Made by a program: the position numbers and the translations under genes. Below the pieces are notes generated by a model. It saw only the letters and a program-made list of their open reading frames with translations. It had not been told where the DNA came from and ran no database searches. A stretch of DNA of 30,640 nt from a virus (Duplodnaviria; Caudoviricetes), in the IMG/VR virus record IMGVR_UViG_3300011339_000539, positions 1 to 30,640 of that record. One strand, given 5' to 3'. Below, in pieces: positions 14,994 through 25,074 of this stretch. How positions within the stretch are numbered: the stretch's first letter is position 1; every line of letters starts with the position of its first letter.

Positions 14994-15233
14994 GAAGATC
15001 GAGCTTTCGGCTCGACCAAGGGAGACAAATGACAACAACATGAAACAGGGTTGTTGCGCTACAGCAGGCCATTTACCAAAGGAGTGTGAAAGGAACCAAA
15101 GCCACTGGCCTACAGCAGCGCAACGGGACGTAGTTTGCCACACATGGCGCTACCGACAGTATCCCGGTGGTTCAGTGAGTACTCCATGGAGCACCCGGTT
15201 ACAATAGCCCCTCCCTCAACTTAGGATTCATTC

Positions 15234-17396
15234 ATGACAGCAACGCCTTACAGCGTCGTGCGTGAAGGTGGCGTGACCAACAAACACGTTACATCTTCTC
15301 CAGACAACGCTACCCTGCACCAGCTATACCTCCACCACAAAAAGCCTGTCGAGCTACCCTACACGGTAGAAGACTACCACGCTATGCCCAAGGCAAAGCG
15401 CAGCAAACTGAAGATGAGTCTACCGTACTTCGTAGGCGCAGTGATGGACCCTCCCCAGCGTCGAGACGACAACGTCACTCACCGCACGCTTATCACACTG
15501 GACATCGAGCAGACGCCAGACACGCCCAACGTTCCACCAGCACCAGCAGACATCGCTGAGAAGCTCCGTGACTTAGGCGGTGAAGGGTGGGTCTACACCA
15601 GTATCAGCCACACACCAGAGCAGCCCCGTTACCGTGTGGTACTTCCCCTAGGACGGTTCATAGAAGGCTCAGCAGCTACAGCCACGCTGAAAGCCACCAC
15701 GCACCATGCAGCCAAGAAGCTAGGTATCGACGAATGGCTTGACGACAAGTCCTGGACCCTCAGTCAGCCGATGTATATGCCTGCCAAGCTGGAGGACAGC
15801 GAGTTCAAGCAGTGGTACGTGAAGGGTAAGGCGTGGGCACCACAGAAGCCCACTACATCCAAGGAACGCAAGGCAGGCACACCAGCAGACATCCCTGACG
15901 AGCGCCCTGACTTCATCCTGCAGGCCATCAAGCAAGCTGGCATCTACCTTCGCGAGAACCCTGCTCACAAGGGTATGCACTTCATCACCTGCCCATTCGT
16001 GGAGCTGCACACCACCACCAACGAAACCAAGACCGCCTACTACGAAGCGCACTTCGATGGCAACCCGCGCCCAGCAGTCAAGTGCATGGGTACTGGCCCT
16101 GACGAGCATGGGCACGCTCACCTGACCTACGCAAGCCTCGTGCGCTGGCTGAAAGACAACGGGCACCTCACCCAAGACCAGCAGACCCAAGCTGGCGTGA
16201 TGGATGACTTTGATACGTTCGACAACAAGGCAGACATCAGCACTCTGTTGGACGCACCACACGTTGAGCGTGAGTGGGCCATAGAGCGCTTCGCTCCCGT
16301 GGGTAAGGTCACCGTGTTGGGTGGACCCGGCGGTGTGAGCAAGTCCATGCTGATGCTGCACATCCTGGTCCACGCTGCTATGGGTCAAGCATGGTGTGGG
16401 TTCCAGCCACGCATCCCACTACGCAGCCTGTTCGTATCCTACGAAGATGACAGCAACGACCTACGTGGGCGTCTCCTAGCCATAACAGGTGCGCTGGCCG
16501 AAGCTGACAACGGCACCTTCGACATGCTACATGACGTCAACGGCACGGTGCGCAAGAACCTGTTCATGTACTCAGCGGACGATGAGACAACAGCGTGGCT
16601 CCTGCTCACCAAGCCAGAACGCTTCGGACCACCAGAACGGTCGCCTCGAGTGCAGTGGCTTGTGGACTGGCTGAAGTCCCGTAACATGCGTGCCCTCGTG
16701 CTTGACCCTGCTGTGTACACGCACCAGCTCGAGGAGAACGACATCGCTGACATGGCTACCTACATGCAGACGCTAGGCTACATCGCCAAGCACGCACACT
16801 GCGCGGTGATCGTGCTGCACCACATGAACAAGGCAGGGTCGTGGGCACAGTTGGACGACATCAACCAAGGTTCATTGCGTGGTGCCAGCAGCTTCGCCGA
16901 CAACGCACGTTCTGTAGTGGCTATGGTGTCCATGCCTGTGAAGGATGCACCCGCATACGGACTGCCTGCTGACCACGAGACGTCTTCCAAGTACGTGGTG
17001 TGCAAGCATGTGAAGAACAACTACAGTGCTCCCATGCCCCTACAGATATTCGAGCGTCAGGGCAGGCTGCTCATACCTCGCCCCGAGATTACCAAGCTGG
17101 ACAGCACGCAGATCGTGGAGGCACGTGAAAACATCAAGCAGGAAGAAACCCTCAAGCGCATACGCGCATGGTCAGCCCGAGTGCTCCAGGCGCTTGCCGA
17201 CCACGACGGACCAGTCAGCCAGAACCAAGTCAGCGCACAGCTCAACAGCAAGCCAGCGCTGATGAAGCAGGTGCTGGAGTGGTGCGCTGAGCAGGACTAC
17301 GTGGACATCACGGATGGCCCTAACCGTAGCAGGCTCCACGAACTCACCCGTGTGGGTAAGCAGTACCTGAAGCAACAGTCCAAAGGAGCCAAGTGA
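15234..17396 (+). CDS. Primase-helicase (N-terminal primase-polymerase-like domain, AAA_25/RepA-like helicase, C-terminal wHTH)
   Basis: ITLDIE, YTSISHTPEQPRYRVVLPL, Walker A GPGGVSKS, SYEDD, LVLDP, LHHMNK and LRGASS motifs. Confidence 0.85.
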   Translation: MTATPYSVVREGGVTNKHVTSSPDNATLHQLYLHHKKPVELPYTVEDYHAMPKAKRSKLKMSLPYFVGAVMDPPQRRDDNVTHRTLITLDIEQTPDTPNVPPAPADIAEKLRDLGGEGWVYTSISHTPEQPRYRVVLPLGRFIEGSAATATLKATTHHAAKKLGIDEWLDDKSWTLSQPMYMPAKLEDSEFKQWYVKGKAWAPQKPTTSKERKAGTPADIPDERPDFILQAIKQAGIYLRENPAHKGMHFITCPFVELHTTTNETKTAYYEAHFDGNPRPAVKCMGTGPDEHGHAHLTYASLVRWLKDNGHLTQDQQTQAGVMDDFDTFDNKADISTLLDAPHVEREWAIERFAPVGKVTVLGGPGGVSKSMLMLHILVHAAMGQAWCGFQPRIPLRSLFVSYEDDSNDLRGRLLAITGALAEADNGTFDMLHDVNGTVRKNLFMYSADDETTAWLLLTKPERFGPPERSPRVQWLVDWLKSRNMRALVLDPAVYTHQLEENDIADMATYMQTLGYIAKHAHCAVIVLHHMNKAGSWAQLDDINQGSLRGASSFADNARSVVAMVSMPVKDAPAYGLPADHETSSKYVVCKHVKNNYSAPMPLQIFERQGRLLIPRPEITKLDSTQIVEARENIKQEETLKRIRAWSARVLQALADHDGPVSQNQVSAQLNSKPALMKQVLEWCAEQDYVDITDGPNRSRLHELTRVGKQYLKQQSKGAK

Positions 17397-17632
17397 TGCA
17401 AGAACTACTTGAGTTGCTCGCTGGCCTACCAACAGACCAACACGGTCAGCGCTGCATAATCATGGAACCACATATGCACGTTGCCGTTGGTTATGCTCTT
17501 GCAAACGGATATGTTTTGCTGAAGGGAATTAGCCACAAACGGGTCCTGGTTTGTCTCTCGGAGGAGGGTCTTTTGGCTATTCGCAACCATCAACGTGGGT
17601 ACTCTCAGGTGCTCCACGGGAGTACTCCCTAG
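17393..17632 (+). CDS. Hypothetical protein
   Basis: Overlaps the primase stop (GTGATG), with an AAGGAG RBS. Confidence 0.5.
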   Translation: MMQELLELLAGLPTDQHGQRCIIMEPHMHVAVGYALANGYVLLKGISHKRVLVCLSEEGLLAIRNHQRGYSQVLHGSTP

Positions 17633-17710
17633 ACCACCCATAAGGCGGTGAGTACTCCCACGTTGCTTTTAAGCACGTGGAGTACCACCACTGCGCTACC
17701 TGAGTACTCA
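17600..17710. repeat. GAGTACTC-rich hairpin element copy A (pair at 24977-25042)
   Basis: Several (GA)GTACTC units. TGGAGTACCACCACTGC is identical at 17678-17694 and 25010-25026. Confidence 0.75.
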
Positions 17711-17901
17711 CACGCTCCAATGTGGTTTATTCAAACAACACGGTTATCTTACTGTCCGAGATGCGGGACTAGGCAGTATATTCACCTAGTTCAATATATT
17801 CGGTGTCTGGTGTTTCTTTCGCACTCTTCTGTTCTCTGCGAGCACACACACGGCACGCGACACTAGGCACCTTGAAATCATCTCTACTGAATAACCCTAT
17901 C

Positions 17902-18303
17902 ATGAAGAACCCCAGACCACTCGGAAAGGCCTCGGAGGTCGTTCCACGAAAACCCGCTGCTCCAGGCCATGGAGGAGCTCGTGCTGGTGCAGGTGCCCCG
18001 AAAGGTGCGAACAGCGCTCCAGCCACACGACGCTCGAAGAAGATAGCCAACGAGATAGCAGAAGGCAAGCGCTTCGTCGAAGAAGGACGCGATGGTTCTG
18101 CTCTACCCAAAGACGCCACGCCTCTGGACGTGATGATGATGGCTATGCGCAAGGCGTACACGCAAGGAGGCTCCATCGCTGCCTTCCCCTACGCTGAGAA
18201 GTGCGCACCGTACATCCACGCACGGATAGCCCAGATAGAGCTCAAGAACCCTGACGATGGCAAGCCTTTCACCATTGCATTCAAGTGGCAGGGTGAAGAG
18301 TGA
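17902..18303 (+). CDS. Terminase small subunit (probable)
   Basis: Directly upstream of TerL. HGGARAGAGAPKG, TPLDVM and AEKCAPYIHAR patterns. Confidence 0.7.
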   Translation: MKNPRPLGKASEVVPRKPAAPGHGGARAGAGAPKGANSAPATRRSKKIANEIAEGKRFVEEGRDGSALPKDATPLDVMMMAMRKAYTQGGSIAAFPYAEKCAPYIHARIAQIELKNPDDGKPFTIAFKWQGEE

Positions 18304-18448
18304 ACCATCACGCTATCCCGTGGTTCCCAGGAGCAGCCTCAACACGCTGGTGCTGGACCGTCCGTGCGTTGATGGGTCGCAACCTGCTACCATCGGTATC
18401 GGCTAGCAGCCTCGGTATCCATCAACCCTACACTACCCCCTCACCCCC

Positions 18449-19807
18449 ATGACCACGAAGCAGCCAACGCCGGACCTGAAGGTCGTAACCATCCCCTACA
18501 GCCCTCGCTCTGCATTCCTGCCATACCACAAGGCACCAGAGCGCTTCGCCATGAGCGTGGCTCACCGTCGTGCTGGCAAGACCGTAGCACGTATCAACAA
18601 GCTGGTGCGTGCTGCTGCCACATGTGAGAAGCCTGACCCTCGCTTCGGCTACCTAGCTCCCTACTTCGTGCAGGCTAAGGACATTGCATGGAACTACCTG
18701 AAGCACTACTCACAGGCCATCCTGGACGTGAAGGGTCCATACAAGGCGAAGCGCAATGAGTCTGAGCTGTCCATCACCATGCCGCACAACAACGCGGTCA
18801 TTCGCCTGTACGGTGCTGAGAACGCTGACCGCATGCGTGGCCTGTACTTCGATGGCGTGGTGGCTGACGAGGGTCAAGACATTGCACCTAGCGTACTCAC
18901 GTCGGTGATCATCCCAAGCCTTGCTGACCGTGAAGGATGGCTGGATATCAGCGGTACGCCGAAAGGATGGGGCAACCTCCTGGGTGCCACGTACAAGCGT
19001 GCTCTGGCTGACAACGATGCCAACAACCTGCTCAGCGTGGCACCAGAGTGGTTCATCCAGGTGCTGAAGGCCAGCCAGACGGGTATCCTCCCCGAGGCAG
19101 AGCTGGCTCGTCTACGCAAGCTGATGCCTACCAACGAGTACCTGCAGGAGTTCGAGTGTGACTTCGACGCAGCCATCACTGGTGCCTACTACGCGAAGGA
19201 GCTGGCTGACGCTGAGTTCGATGGTCGTATCACCAGCGTGCCATACGACAAGAGTGTGAAGGTGGACACGTGGTGGGACTTGGGTATCAGCGACAACATG
19301 GTCATCTGGTTCGTGCAGCTCGTGGGCAAAGAGATACGCGTCATCGACTACTACGAAGCAGCAGGCTTCGGCCTGGACCACTACGCTGGTGTGCTCACTG
19401 ATCGAGGCTATCTATACGGGAAGCATTGGGGTCCACACGACATCATGCATCGTGAGATAGGCACAGGCAAGTCACGCATCGAGACTGCCTCCAAGCTGGG
19501 CATCGAGTTCGAGGTAGCACCCAACATCCCAGTGAAGGATGGTATCGACGCTGTCCGCATGACCATGAACCGCATGTGGTTTGACAAGCGCAAGACCAGC
19601 ACTGGCCTAGACGCACTGAAGCAGTACCAAGAGAAGGTTGATGAGAAGCGTGGCATAAGTCTCGGACCCTTGCACAATTGGGCCTCCCACGCTGCTGACG
19701 CCTTCCGCATAGGTGTGGTAGCTACCGAAGAACCCCGTATCCGTGAACGCTTGGAAGAGCGTGAGAATGCTGGCATCGCACAGAGTGCTGGTGGCTGGAT
19801 GACCTAA
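18449..19807 (+). CDS. terL: Terminase large subunit
   Basis: AHRRAGKT Walker A, RGLYFDGVVADE Walker B, GTPKG, WDLGISD and SHAADAFR nuclease motifs. Confidence 0.95.
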   Translation: MTTKQPTPDLKVVTIPYSPRSAFLPYHKAPERFAMSVAHRRAGKTVARINKLVRAAATCEKPDPRFGYLAPYFVQAKDIAWNYLKHYSQAILDVKGPYKAKRNESELSITMPHNNAVIRLYGAENADRMRGLYFDGVVADEGQDIAPSVLTSVIIPSLADREGWLDISGTPKGWGNLLGATYKRALADNDANNLLSVAPEWFIQVLKASQTGILPEAELARLRKLMPTNEYLQEFECDFDAAITGAYYAKELADAEFDGRITSVPYDKSVKVDTWWDLGISDNMVIWFVQLVGKEIRVIDYYEAAGFGLDHYAGVLTDRGYLYGKHWGPHDIMHREIGTGKSRIETASKLGIEFEVAPNIPVKDGIDAVRMTMNRMWFDKRKTSTGLDALKQYQEKVDEKRGISLGPLHNWASHAADAFRIGVVATEEPRIRERLEERENAGIAQSAGGWMT

Positions 19808-19816
19808 CCGAAAGGA

Positions 19817-20215
19817 ATGTATATGAAGACCGGAGATCGTTCTGTTGGGCCTGCCAAGTTGCGGGTTCGTCAGTGTCCAGCGCTGCCCCCTGCACTGCAG
19901 AAGACCACTCGTGAGCTGGTGAACGTGGAGACACCCTTCGAGCAGCAGGGTAAGGGCTACATGACCACGCTCATCCACAAGGTGTGCCGTGAGGCTGATG
20001 CAGCGAACCTCGTGCTGGTGCTCACGCCACAACCATACGGTGACAACATCAACCTGAGCAAGCAACAGCTCGAAGACTGGTACGCACGTAGCTTCGGCTT
20101 CCACGTTATCCAGCGGGAGCCCATGACCCTCATGGCACGCATGGTCAACGGCACACCACAAGCTCTGCAACTCACACCCATAACCGAAGCCCTCTACAAG
20201 GAAAGCATCAAATGA
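19817..20215 (+). CDS. GNAT-family acetyltransferase-like protein
   Basis: Acetyl-CoA-binding motif EQQGKGYMTTLI and a LEDWYARSFGF motif. AAAGGA RBS, coupled to the portal start. Confidence 0.65.
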   Translation: MYMKTGDRSVGPAKLRVRQCPALPPALQKTTRELVNVETPFEQQGKGYMTTLIHKVCREADAANLVLVLTPQPYGDNINLSKQQLEDWYARSFGFHVIQREPMTLMARMVNGTPQALQLTPITEALYKESIK

Positions 20216-22404
20216 GCAGCACCCCAGACCAGACCCAAGTCGACCACGACAAGCAGGCCGACACGAAAGATGATGACGCCATCATTGCCGAGTGTATGGA
20301 CCGCATGCGCATCAGCATGGCAGCAGATGGCGAGAACCGTACCAACGGTCTTGACGATCTTGCCTTCCTGAAGGGCGACCAGTGGGATGAGCGCATCAAG
20401 CAACAGCGTGCGTTGGATGGCCGACCCTGCCTCACCATCAACAAGCTGCCCACATCACTGCATCAGGTGACCAACAGTCAGCGTCAGAACGTACCGAGCA
20501 TCAAGGTGTACCCCACGTCTGACGAAGACAAGAAGGTCGCTGAAGTGGTGCAAGGTGGTATCCGCCACATCGAGTACGCCAGCAACGCCGATGTAGCCAA
20601 GGACACAGCGGTGAACAGTGCAGCAGCCATCGGCTTCGGGTACTTCCGCTTGGTGACTGGCTACGAGTCGCCTGACAGCTTCGACCAAGAGATACGGTTC
20701 AAGCGCATACGGAACCCGTTCACCGTGTACATGGACCCCGGTTCTGTTGAGATTGATGGCTCTGACCAGCAGTGGTGTATCCTGTCGTCGAAGCAACCAC
20801 GTACCGAGTTCGTGCTGGAGCACCCTGATGCTGACCCATGCGACTTCAGCGTAGTGCGTGGCATTGGTGACCGTTCTAGTGACTGGGTTACCGCTACCGA
20901 AGTACGTGTGGCTGAATACTACCGTATCCACAACGAGGCGGTGGACGTGGTGCTGCTCAGCAACGGTGAGAGTGGGTACAAGGACAAGCTGCTCGAGATG
21001 CCTGAAGGCGTCACAGTGGTGAAGACGCGTAAGAGCTTGCGCCCAACAGTGCAGTGGTTCAAGCTCAGTGCTACCCAAGTCCTGGAGCGTGCCGACATCC
21101 CATGCAAGTGGATCCCAGTGTTCCCAGTGGTGGGTGATGAGATTGACCTGGATGGCAGGGTGTATCGTAGCGGTATGATTCGCAACGCGAAGGACCCTGC
21201 ACGCATGTACAACTTCTGGATGACCAGCGCTACGGAGCAAGTCGGACTCATACCCAAGGCCCCGTTCATCGGTGCTGAAGGCCAGTTCGAGGGCCATGAG
21301 TCCAAGTGGCGTGAAGCCAACGTGCGTTCCTTCCCGTACCTGGAGTACAAGCCTAAGACCCTTGCTGGACAGCTTGCACCCCCTCCCCAGCGTCAGCACA
21401 TGGCAGACGTACCCACTGGTGTACTGGCAATGGCAGCGCACGCCAGCGACGACATCAAGAGCACTACAGGTATGTTTGATGCCTCGCTGGGAGCACGCTC
21501 CAACGAGACCTCGGGTGTGGCTATCGGTCGCCGTGATCGGCAGGGTGAAACAGCCAACTACCACTACACAGACAACTTGAACACCACGCTCCGTCATGTG
21601 GGTCGCTGCATCCTGAACATGTGGCCGAAGGTGTACGACGGTACACGCACCATGCAGATCATGGGCATGGATGGCAAGGTCAAGTCTGTCGAGATCAACA
21701 AGCCCACTACCGAGCAGACCGAGACAGGTGAGGCAGTGCAGAAGCTGATGAACGACATGTCTGGTGTAGCCAACTACGGGGTGACTATCGCCGTTGGTCC
21801 GAGCTACGACACACTGCGTCAGGAAGCGGTGGATGGCATGATCTCCACTGCCAAGAGCTGGCCTAAGATGATGGACATCGCTGGTGACAAGGTGGTGCGC
21901 TCTATGGATTGGCCTATGTCTGAGGAGATCGCTGATCGCATCGAGAAGACCATACCCAAGGAACTGCGTGATGACGAAGGCGGTGAAGAGGGTGGTGCTG
22001 ATGCCAACATGGTTGACACGCCGAAGGGTCCAATGCCGAAGGACCAAGTCGGTCCCATGCTGGCACAGATGGACCAGCAGATGCAGCAGCTCAACCAGCA
22101 ACTCATTGATGCCAACAACGGCATTGAGAAGGCGCACATCGACGCTGATGCCAAGATACAGGTAGCCAAGATACAGGCCGAGAACCGTGAGGACGTGGAA
22201 GAGCTCAAGGGCATGATCCAGATGCTGCTCGCCAAGATGCAGCCTCCTCAAGCACTGGTGGCCGATGTCTCAGCAGACCTTTACGAGAACGGTGAGAATG
22301 CCCCTCAACAGATTACTCGTCCTGCAGGATACCCCCCTGCAGATCAGGCGCAACAGGGTGCCCCTACCGGAGTGGCTGAATCCGGGCCGGAGATCGCGCA
22401 ATGA
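20212..22404 (+). CDS. Portal protein, P22-like
   Basis: GDQW...RPCLTINKL, KDPARMYN, SNETSGVAI..R..QG and a C-terminal Gln-rich coiled coil. 730 aa. Confidence 0.93.
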   Translation: MSSTPDQTQVDHDKQADTKDDDAIIAECMDRMRISMAADGENRTNGLDDLAFLKGDQWDERIKQQRALDGRPCLTINKLPTSLHQVTNSQRQNVPSIKVYPTSDEDKKVAEVVQGGIRHIEYASNADVAKDTAVNSAAAIGFGYFRLVTGYESPDSFDQEIRFKRIRNPFTVYMDPGSVEIDGSDQQWCILSSKQPRTEFVLEHPDADPCDFSVVRGIGDRSSDWVTATEVRVAEYYRIHNEAVDVVLLSNGESGYKDKLLEMPEGVTVVKTRKSLRPTVQWFKLSATQVLERADIPCKWIPVFPVVGDEIDLDGRVYRSGMIRNAKDPARMYNFWMTSATEQVGLIPKAPFIGAEGQFEGHESKWREANVRSFPYLEYKPKTLAGQLAPPPQRQHMADVPTGVLAMAAHASDDIKSTTGMFDASLGARSNETSGVAIGRRDRQGETANYHYTDNLNTTLRHVGRCILNMWPKVYDGTRTMQIMGMDGKVKSVEINKPTTEQTETGEAVQKLMNDMSGVANYGVTIAVGPSYDTLRQEAVDGMISTAKSWPKMMDIAGDKVVRSMDWPMSEEIADRIEKTIPKELRDDEGGEEGGADANMVDTPKGPMPKDQVGPMLAQMDQQMQQLNQQLIDANNGIEKAHIDADAKIQVAKIQAENREDVEELKGMIQMLLAKMQPPQALVADVSADLYENGENAPQQITRPAGYPPADQAQQGAPTGVAESGPEIAQ

Positions 22405-23258
22405 GCGTGCAAGAAACCACACAAGTCGAGCAGCCAAGCGCTACGCAAGTAGTGGAGACCCCGAAGATCGCGTCAACGACAATCTCGTTTGACAAGGTCG
22501 AACAGGCCACCAACGCTGAAGCAGCTCAAACCGAAGAAGTTAAGGTCGAAGAGCACGCCGAGGAAGGGCAGCAGAACGACCGGGACGAGAAGGGACGCTT
22601 CAAAGGCGTTCAGCCTCGTATCGACGAACTCACCCGTGCTCGCCGTGAGGCTGAGCGCGAGGCATCGTACTGGCGAGGAATCGCTCAACAGGGTCAGGCG
22701 CAACAATCGGCTCCGGCTGCGCCCATCAAGCCTACCCCAGACAAGTACGACGACTACGGTGAATACGTTGAAGCCTTGACAGATTGGAAGGCCGAACAGG
22801 CAGTGGCGAAGCGTATGGAGCAGGACAGCAGCCGTAAGGTTGTTGAGACTCGCACCCAGACCTTCGCTGAACGCCAAGTCGCCGCACGCGCTGTGATGCC
22901 AGACTACGATGCCGTGGTGGGGTCTTCGGACACTCCCATAGCTAACCACGTAGGCGAAGCGATCATGGAGAGCGATCGGGGACCCGAGCTGGCCTACCAC
23001 TTCGCCAAGAACCCGGAAGTGCTGCAGAGCCTCAACGGCATGAGCCCCACGCAAGCTGCTCGCGAGATCGGCAAGCTGGAAGCCACGCTCCCGACCAAGA
23101 CTACTCCGGCGGTGCCGAGCAAGAAGCTCAGCACTACACCCGCTCCCGCGAACGCCAATGTGTCGCAGGGTCGTGCCACTCAACCAGCACTAGCCAACGC
23201 TAGCATGGATGAGTACATGGCTCAGCGTAAGTCACAGGGTGCTCGTTGGGCGCGATAG
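22401..23258 (+). CDS. Scaffolding protein
   Basis: Acidic coiled-coil protein between portal and coat, with RIDELT, GPELAYH and SMDEYMAQR patterns. Confidence 0.8.
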   Translation: MSVQETTQVEQPSATQVVETPKIASTTISFDKVEQATNAEAAQTEEVKVEEHAEEGQQNDRDEKGRFKGVQPRIDELTRARREAEREASYWRGIAQQGQAQQSAPAAPIKPTPDKYDDYGEYVEALTDWKAEQAVAKRMEQDSSRKVVETRTQTFAERQVAARAVMPDYDAVVGSSDTPIANHVGEAIMESDRGPELAYHFAKNPEVLQSLNGMSPTQAAREIGKLEATLPTKTTPAVPSKKLSTTPAPANANVSQGRATQPALANASMDEYMAQRKSQGARWAR

Positions 23259-23287
23259 CACTACAACATCTTTGAAAGGTCATTCAC

Positions 23288-24499
23288 ATGACGAATACTC
23301 TTGTCACCTGCTCCATCGTCGCGAAAGAATCGCTGGCGATCTTGGAGAACATGGTTGCTTTCGCAGGCATGGTCAATCGCGATTGGGAAGATGAGTTCAC
23401 GGGCAACCAGTCCCGTGGCTACTCTCCTGGTCAAACCATCAACATCAAACGTCCTCCACGCTACACGTACCGTTCTGGTCGTGTGGCAGTGCCTCAGGCA
23501 ACCGTGGAAACCACCATCCCGCTGACCCTGTCCCAAGGCGGTACGGACTTGAACTTCACCAGCTTCGAGCGCACTCTGTCGCTGCAGAAGCTCGAAGACA
23601 AGTTGCAAGCTGCTATGGCAACGGTAGCCAACGAGATTGACCGTCAGGGTCTGCAGTTGGCTCGTCAGGCAACGTTCAACACCATCGGCACTCCCGGTAC
23701 GTTGCCCAACACCCAAGCTCTGGCCCTCGGTGCCATCACTGGTATCAACCAGCGCTTGGATGAAATGGCTGCTCCTCGTGACAAACAGCGTGGTCTGATC
23801 ATGGGGCCTGCCCTGAACGCTGCAACCATCACTGGTTTCGCAGGTCTGTTCAATGGTCAGGACAAAATCAGCAAGCAGTTCGGCTCCGGCATGATGGTTG
23901 ACTCACTGGGTCTGGCTTACGCCATGGACCAGAACGTTGACACACACGTGAACGGTACGCAAGCTGTTGCAGGCACCAACATCAACGGTGCGAACCAGAC
24001 TGGTGCTTCGGTGACTGTTGTGGCTACTGGCGGCACGATCACTCGTGGTTCCAAGATCACCCTCCCCGGTGTGTTCGCGGTCAACCCTCAGTCCCGTGTG
24101 TCCACTGGCGTGCTGGCTCAGTTCACCGTGACTGCTGACGTGGCAGGTGGCGCAACCTCCATCCCGATCAGCCCTGCGATCGTTACCTCTGGCGCGTTCC
24201 AGAACGTGACTGCCTCGCCTACCACTGGTGCGCCTTTCGTTATCTTCGGTACTGCCTCTGGCTCGTATCAAGCGAACGTTGGTTTCCACAAGGACGCCTT
24301 CACTCTGGCGATGGTGCCAATGTGGGCTCCTCCTGGTGGCAAGGGCGTGATCGACGTGGCTCAGGAAACCTACAAGGGCTTCACCGTGAAGGTCACCGAG
24401 TTCTACGACGGTGTGAACGACAACAGCATCATGCGTCTTGACGTACTGTTCGGATGGGCTGCAACCTACCCCGAGCTGGCTACCATCTACGCAACCTGA
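23288..24499 (+). CDS. Major capsid protein (P22 gp5-like)
   Basis: GQTINIKRP, VANEID and RLDVLFGWA patterns. 403 aa, following the scaffold. Confidence 0.92.
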   Translation: MTNTLVTCSIVAKESLAILENMVAFAGMVNRDWEDEFTGNQSRGYSPGQTINIKRPPRYTYRSGRVAVPQATVETTIPLTLSQGGTDLNFTSFERTLSLQKLEDKLQAAMATVANEIDRQGLQLARQATFNTIGTPGTLPNTQALALGAITGINQRLDEMAAPRDKQRGLIMGPALNAATITGFAGLFNGQDKISKQFGSGMMVDSLGLAYAMDQNVDTHVNGTQAVAGTNINGANQTGASVTVVATGGTITRGSKITLPGVFAVNPQSRVSTGVLAQFTVTADVAGGATSIPISPAIVTSGAFQNVTASPTTGAPFVIFGTASGSYQANVGFHKDAFTLAMVPMWAPPGGKGVIDVAQETYKGFTVKVTEFYDGVNDNSIMRLDVLFGWAATYPELATIYAT

Positions 24500-24558
24500 T
24501 GACAAGTGGGGGCTTCGGCTCCCACTGATCGGCTTACCAACTCTTCAAGGAATATATC

Positions 24559-24960
24559 ATGATTCTTCTTTCCCGTTCTTATGGTGGCTACAACGCCGGA
24601 ACCATCGTCCAGCTCCCGACCACCGTCGAAGCTGCCCTCATCGCGCAAGGTCTGGGCACCAACTCGGCAGGCCCTGTGACTCCTGGTGCTGTGACAACCA
24701 CGATGCCTGGAGGTCGTGTAGGTATCGCGGCTGCTGGAGCTTCTGTGGTTATCACGAACCCAGCGTTCACCGCAGAAACCAAGTTCAGCGCCGTGTTGTC
24801 GAACGCTGCTGCTGACGCATCTGCGCTGTACGTCACCCGTATCGCGCCTGCTGTTGGCTCCGTGACCATCACCCTGAACGCTGCTGCAACGGCTGCTGTC
24901 GCGGTTGATTGGGCTGTGTTGGGTCCATTCGGTGGAATGACCAACAACAACAACAACTAA
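24559..24960 (+). CDS. Probable capsid decoration / virion protein
   Basis: Ala/Val/Thr/Gly-rich, beta-type composition, directly after the coat gene. AAGGA RBS. Confidence 0.55.
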   Translation: MILLSRSYGGYNAGTIVQLPTTVEAALIAQGLGTNSAGPVTPGAVTTTMPGGRVGIAAAGASVVITNPAFTAETKFSAVLSNAAADASALYVTRIAPAVGSVTITLNAAATAAVAVDWAVLGPFGGMTNNNNN

Positions 24961-24976
24961 CCTCTGGAATGGCTCA

Positions 24977-25042
24977 AGTGGTGGTACTCCAGGGCAGCTT
25001 TTAAGCCCTTGGAGTACCACCACTGCCACGCCTCGAGTACTC
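24977..25042. repeat. GAGTAC hairpin element copy B
   Basis: AGTGGTGGTACTCCA...GCTTTTAAGC...TGGAGTACCACCACT inverted repeat, followed by GAGTACTC. Confidence 0.75.
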
Positions 25043-25074
25043 GCCAACACTTCATCAACATACGGAGATACACC

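Noticed and set aside
14940-15207. Short ORFs on both strands in the divergent gap
   Set aside because: No convincing RBS, atypical composition, and overlap with regulatory structures.
16320-16350. Inactive helicase implied by Walker A GPGGVSKS
   Set aside because: The catalytic Lys-Ser and the downstream motifs are intact, and one Gly-to-Ser change is weak evidence.
20455-22251. 598-aa minus-strand ORF
   Set aside because: Antisense shadow of the portal gene with no recognisable motifs, as expected from codon bias.
24505-24526. Terminator after the capsid gene
   Set aside because: Good TTCG hairpin but no U tract, so it is not called a terminator.
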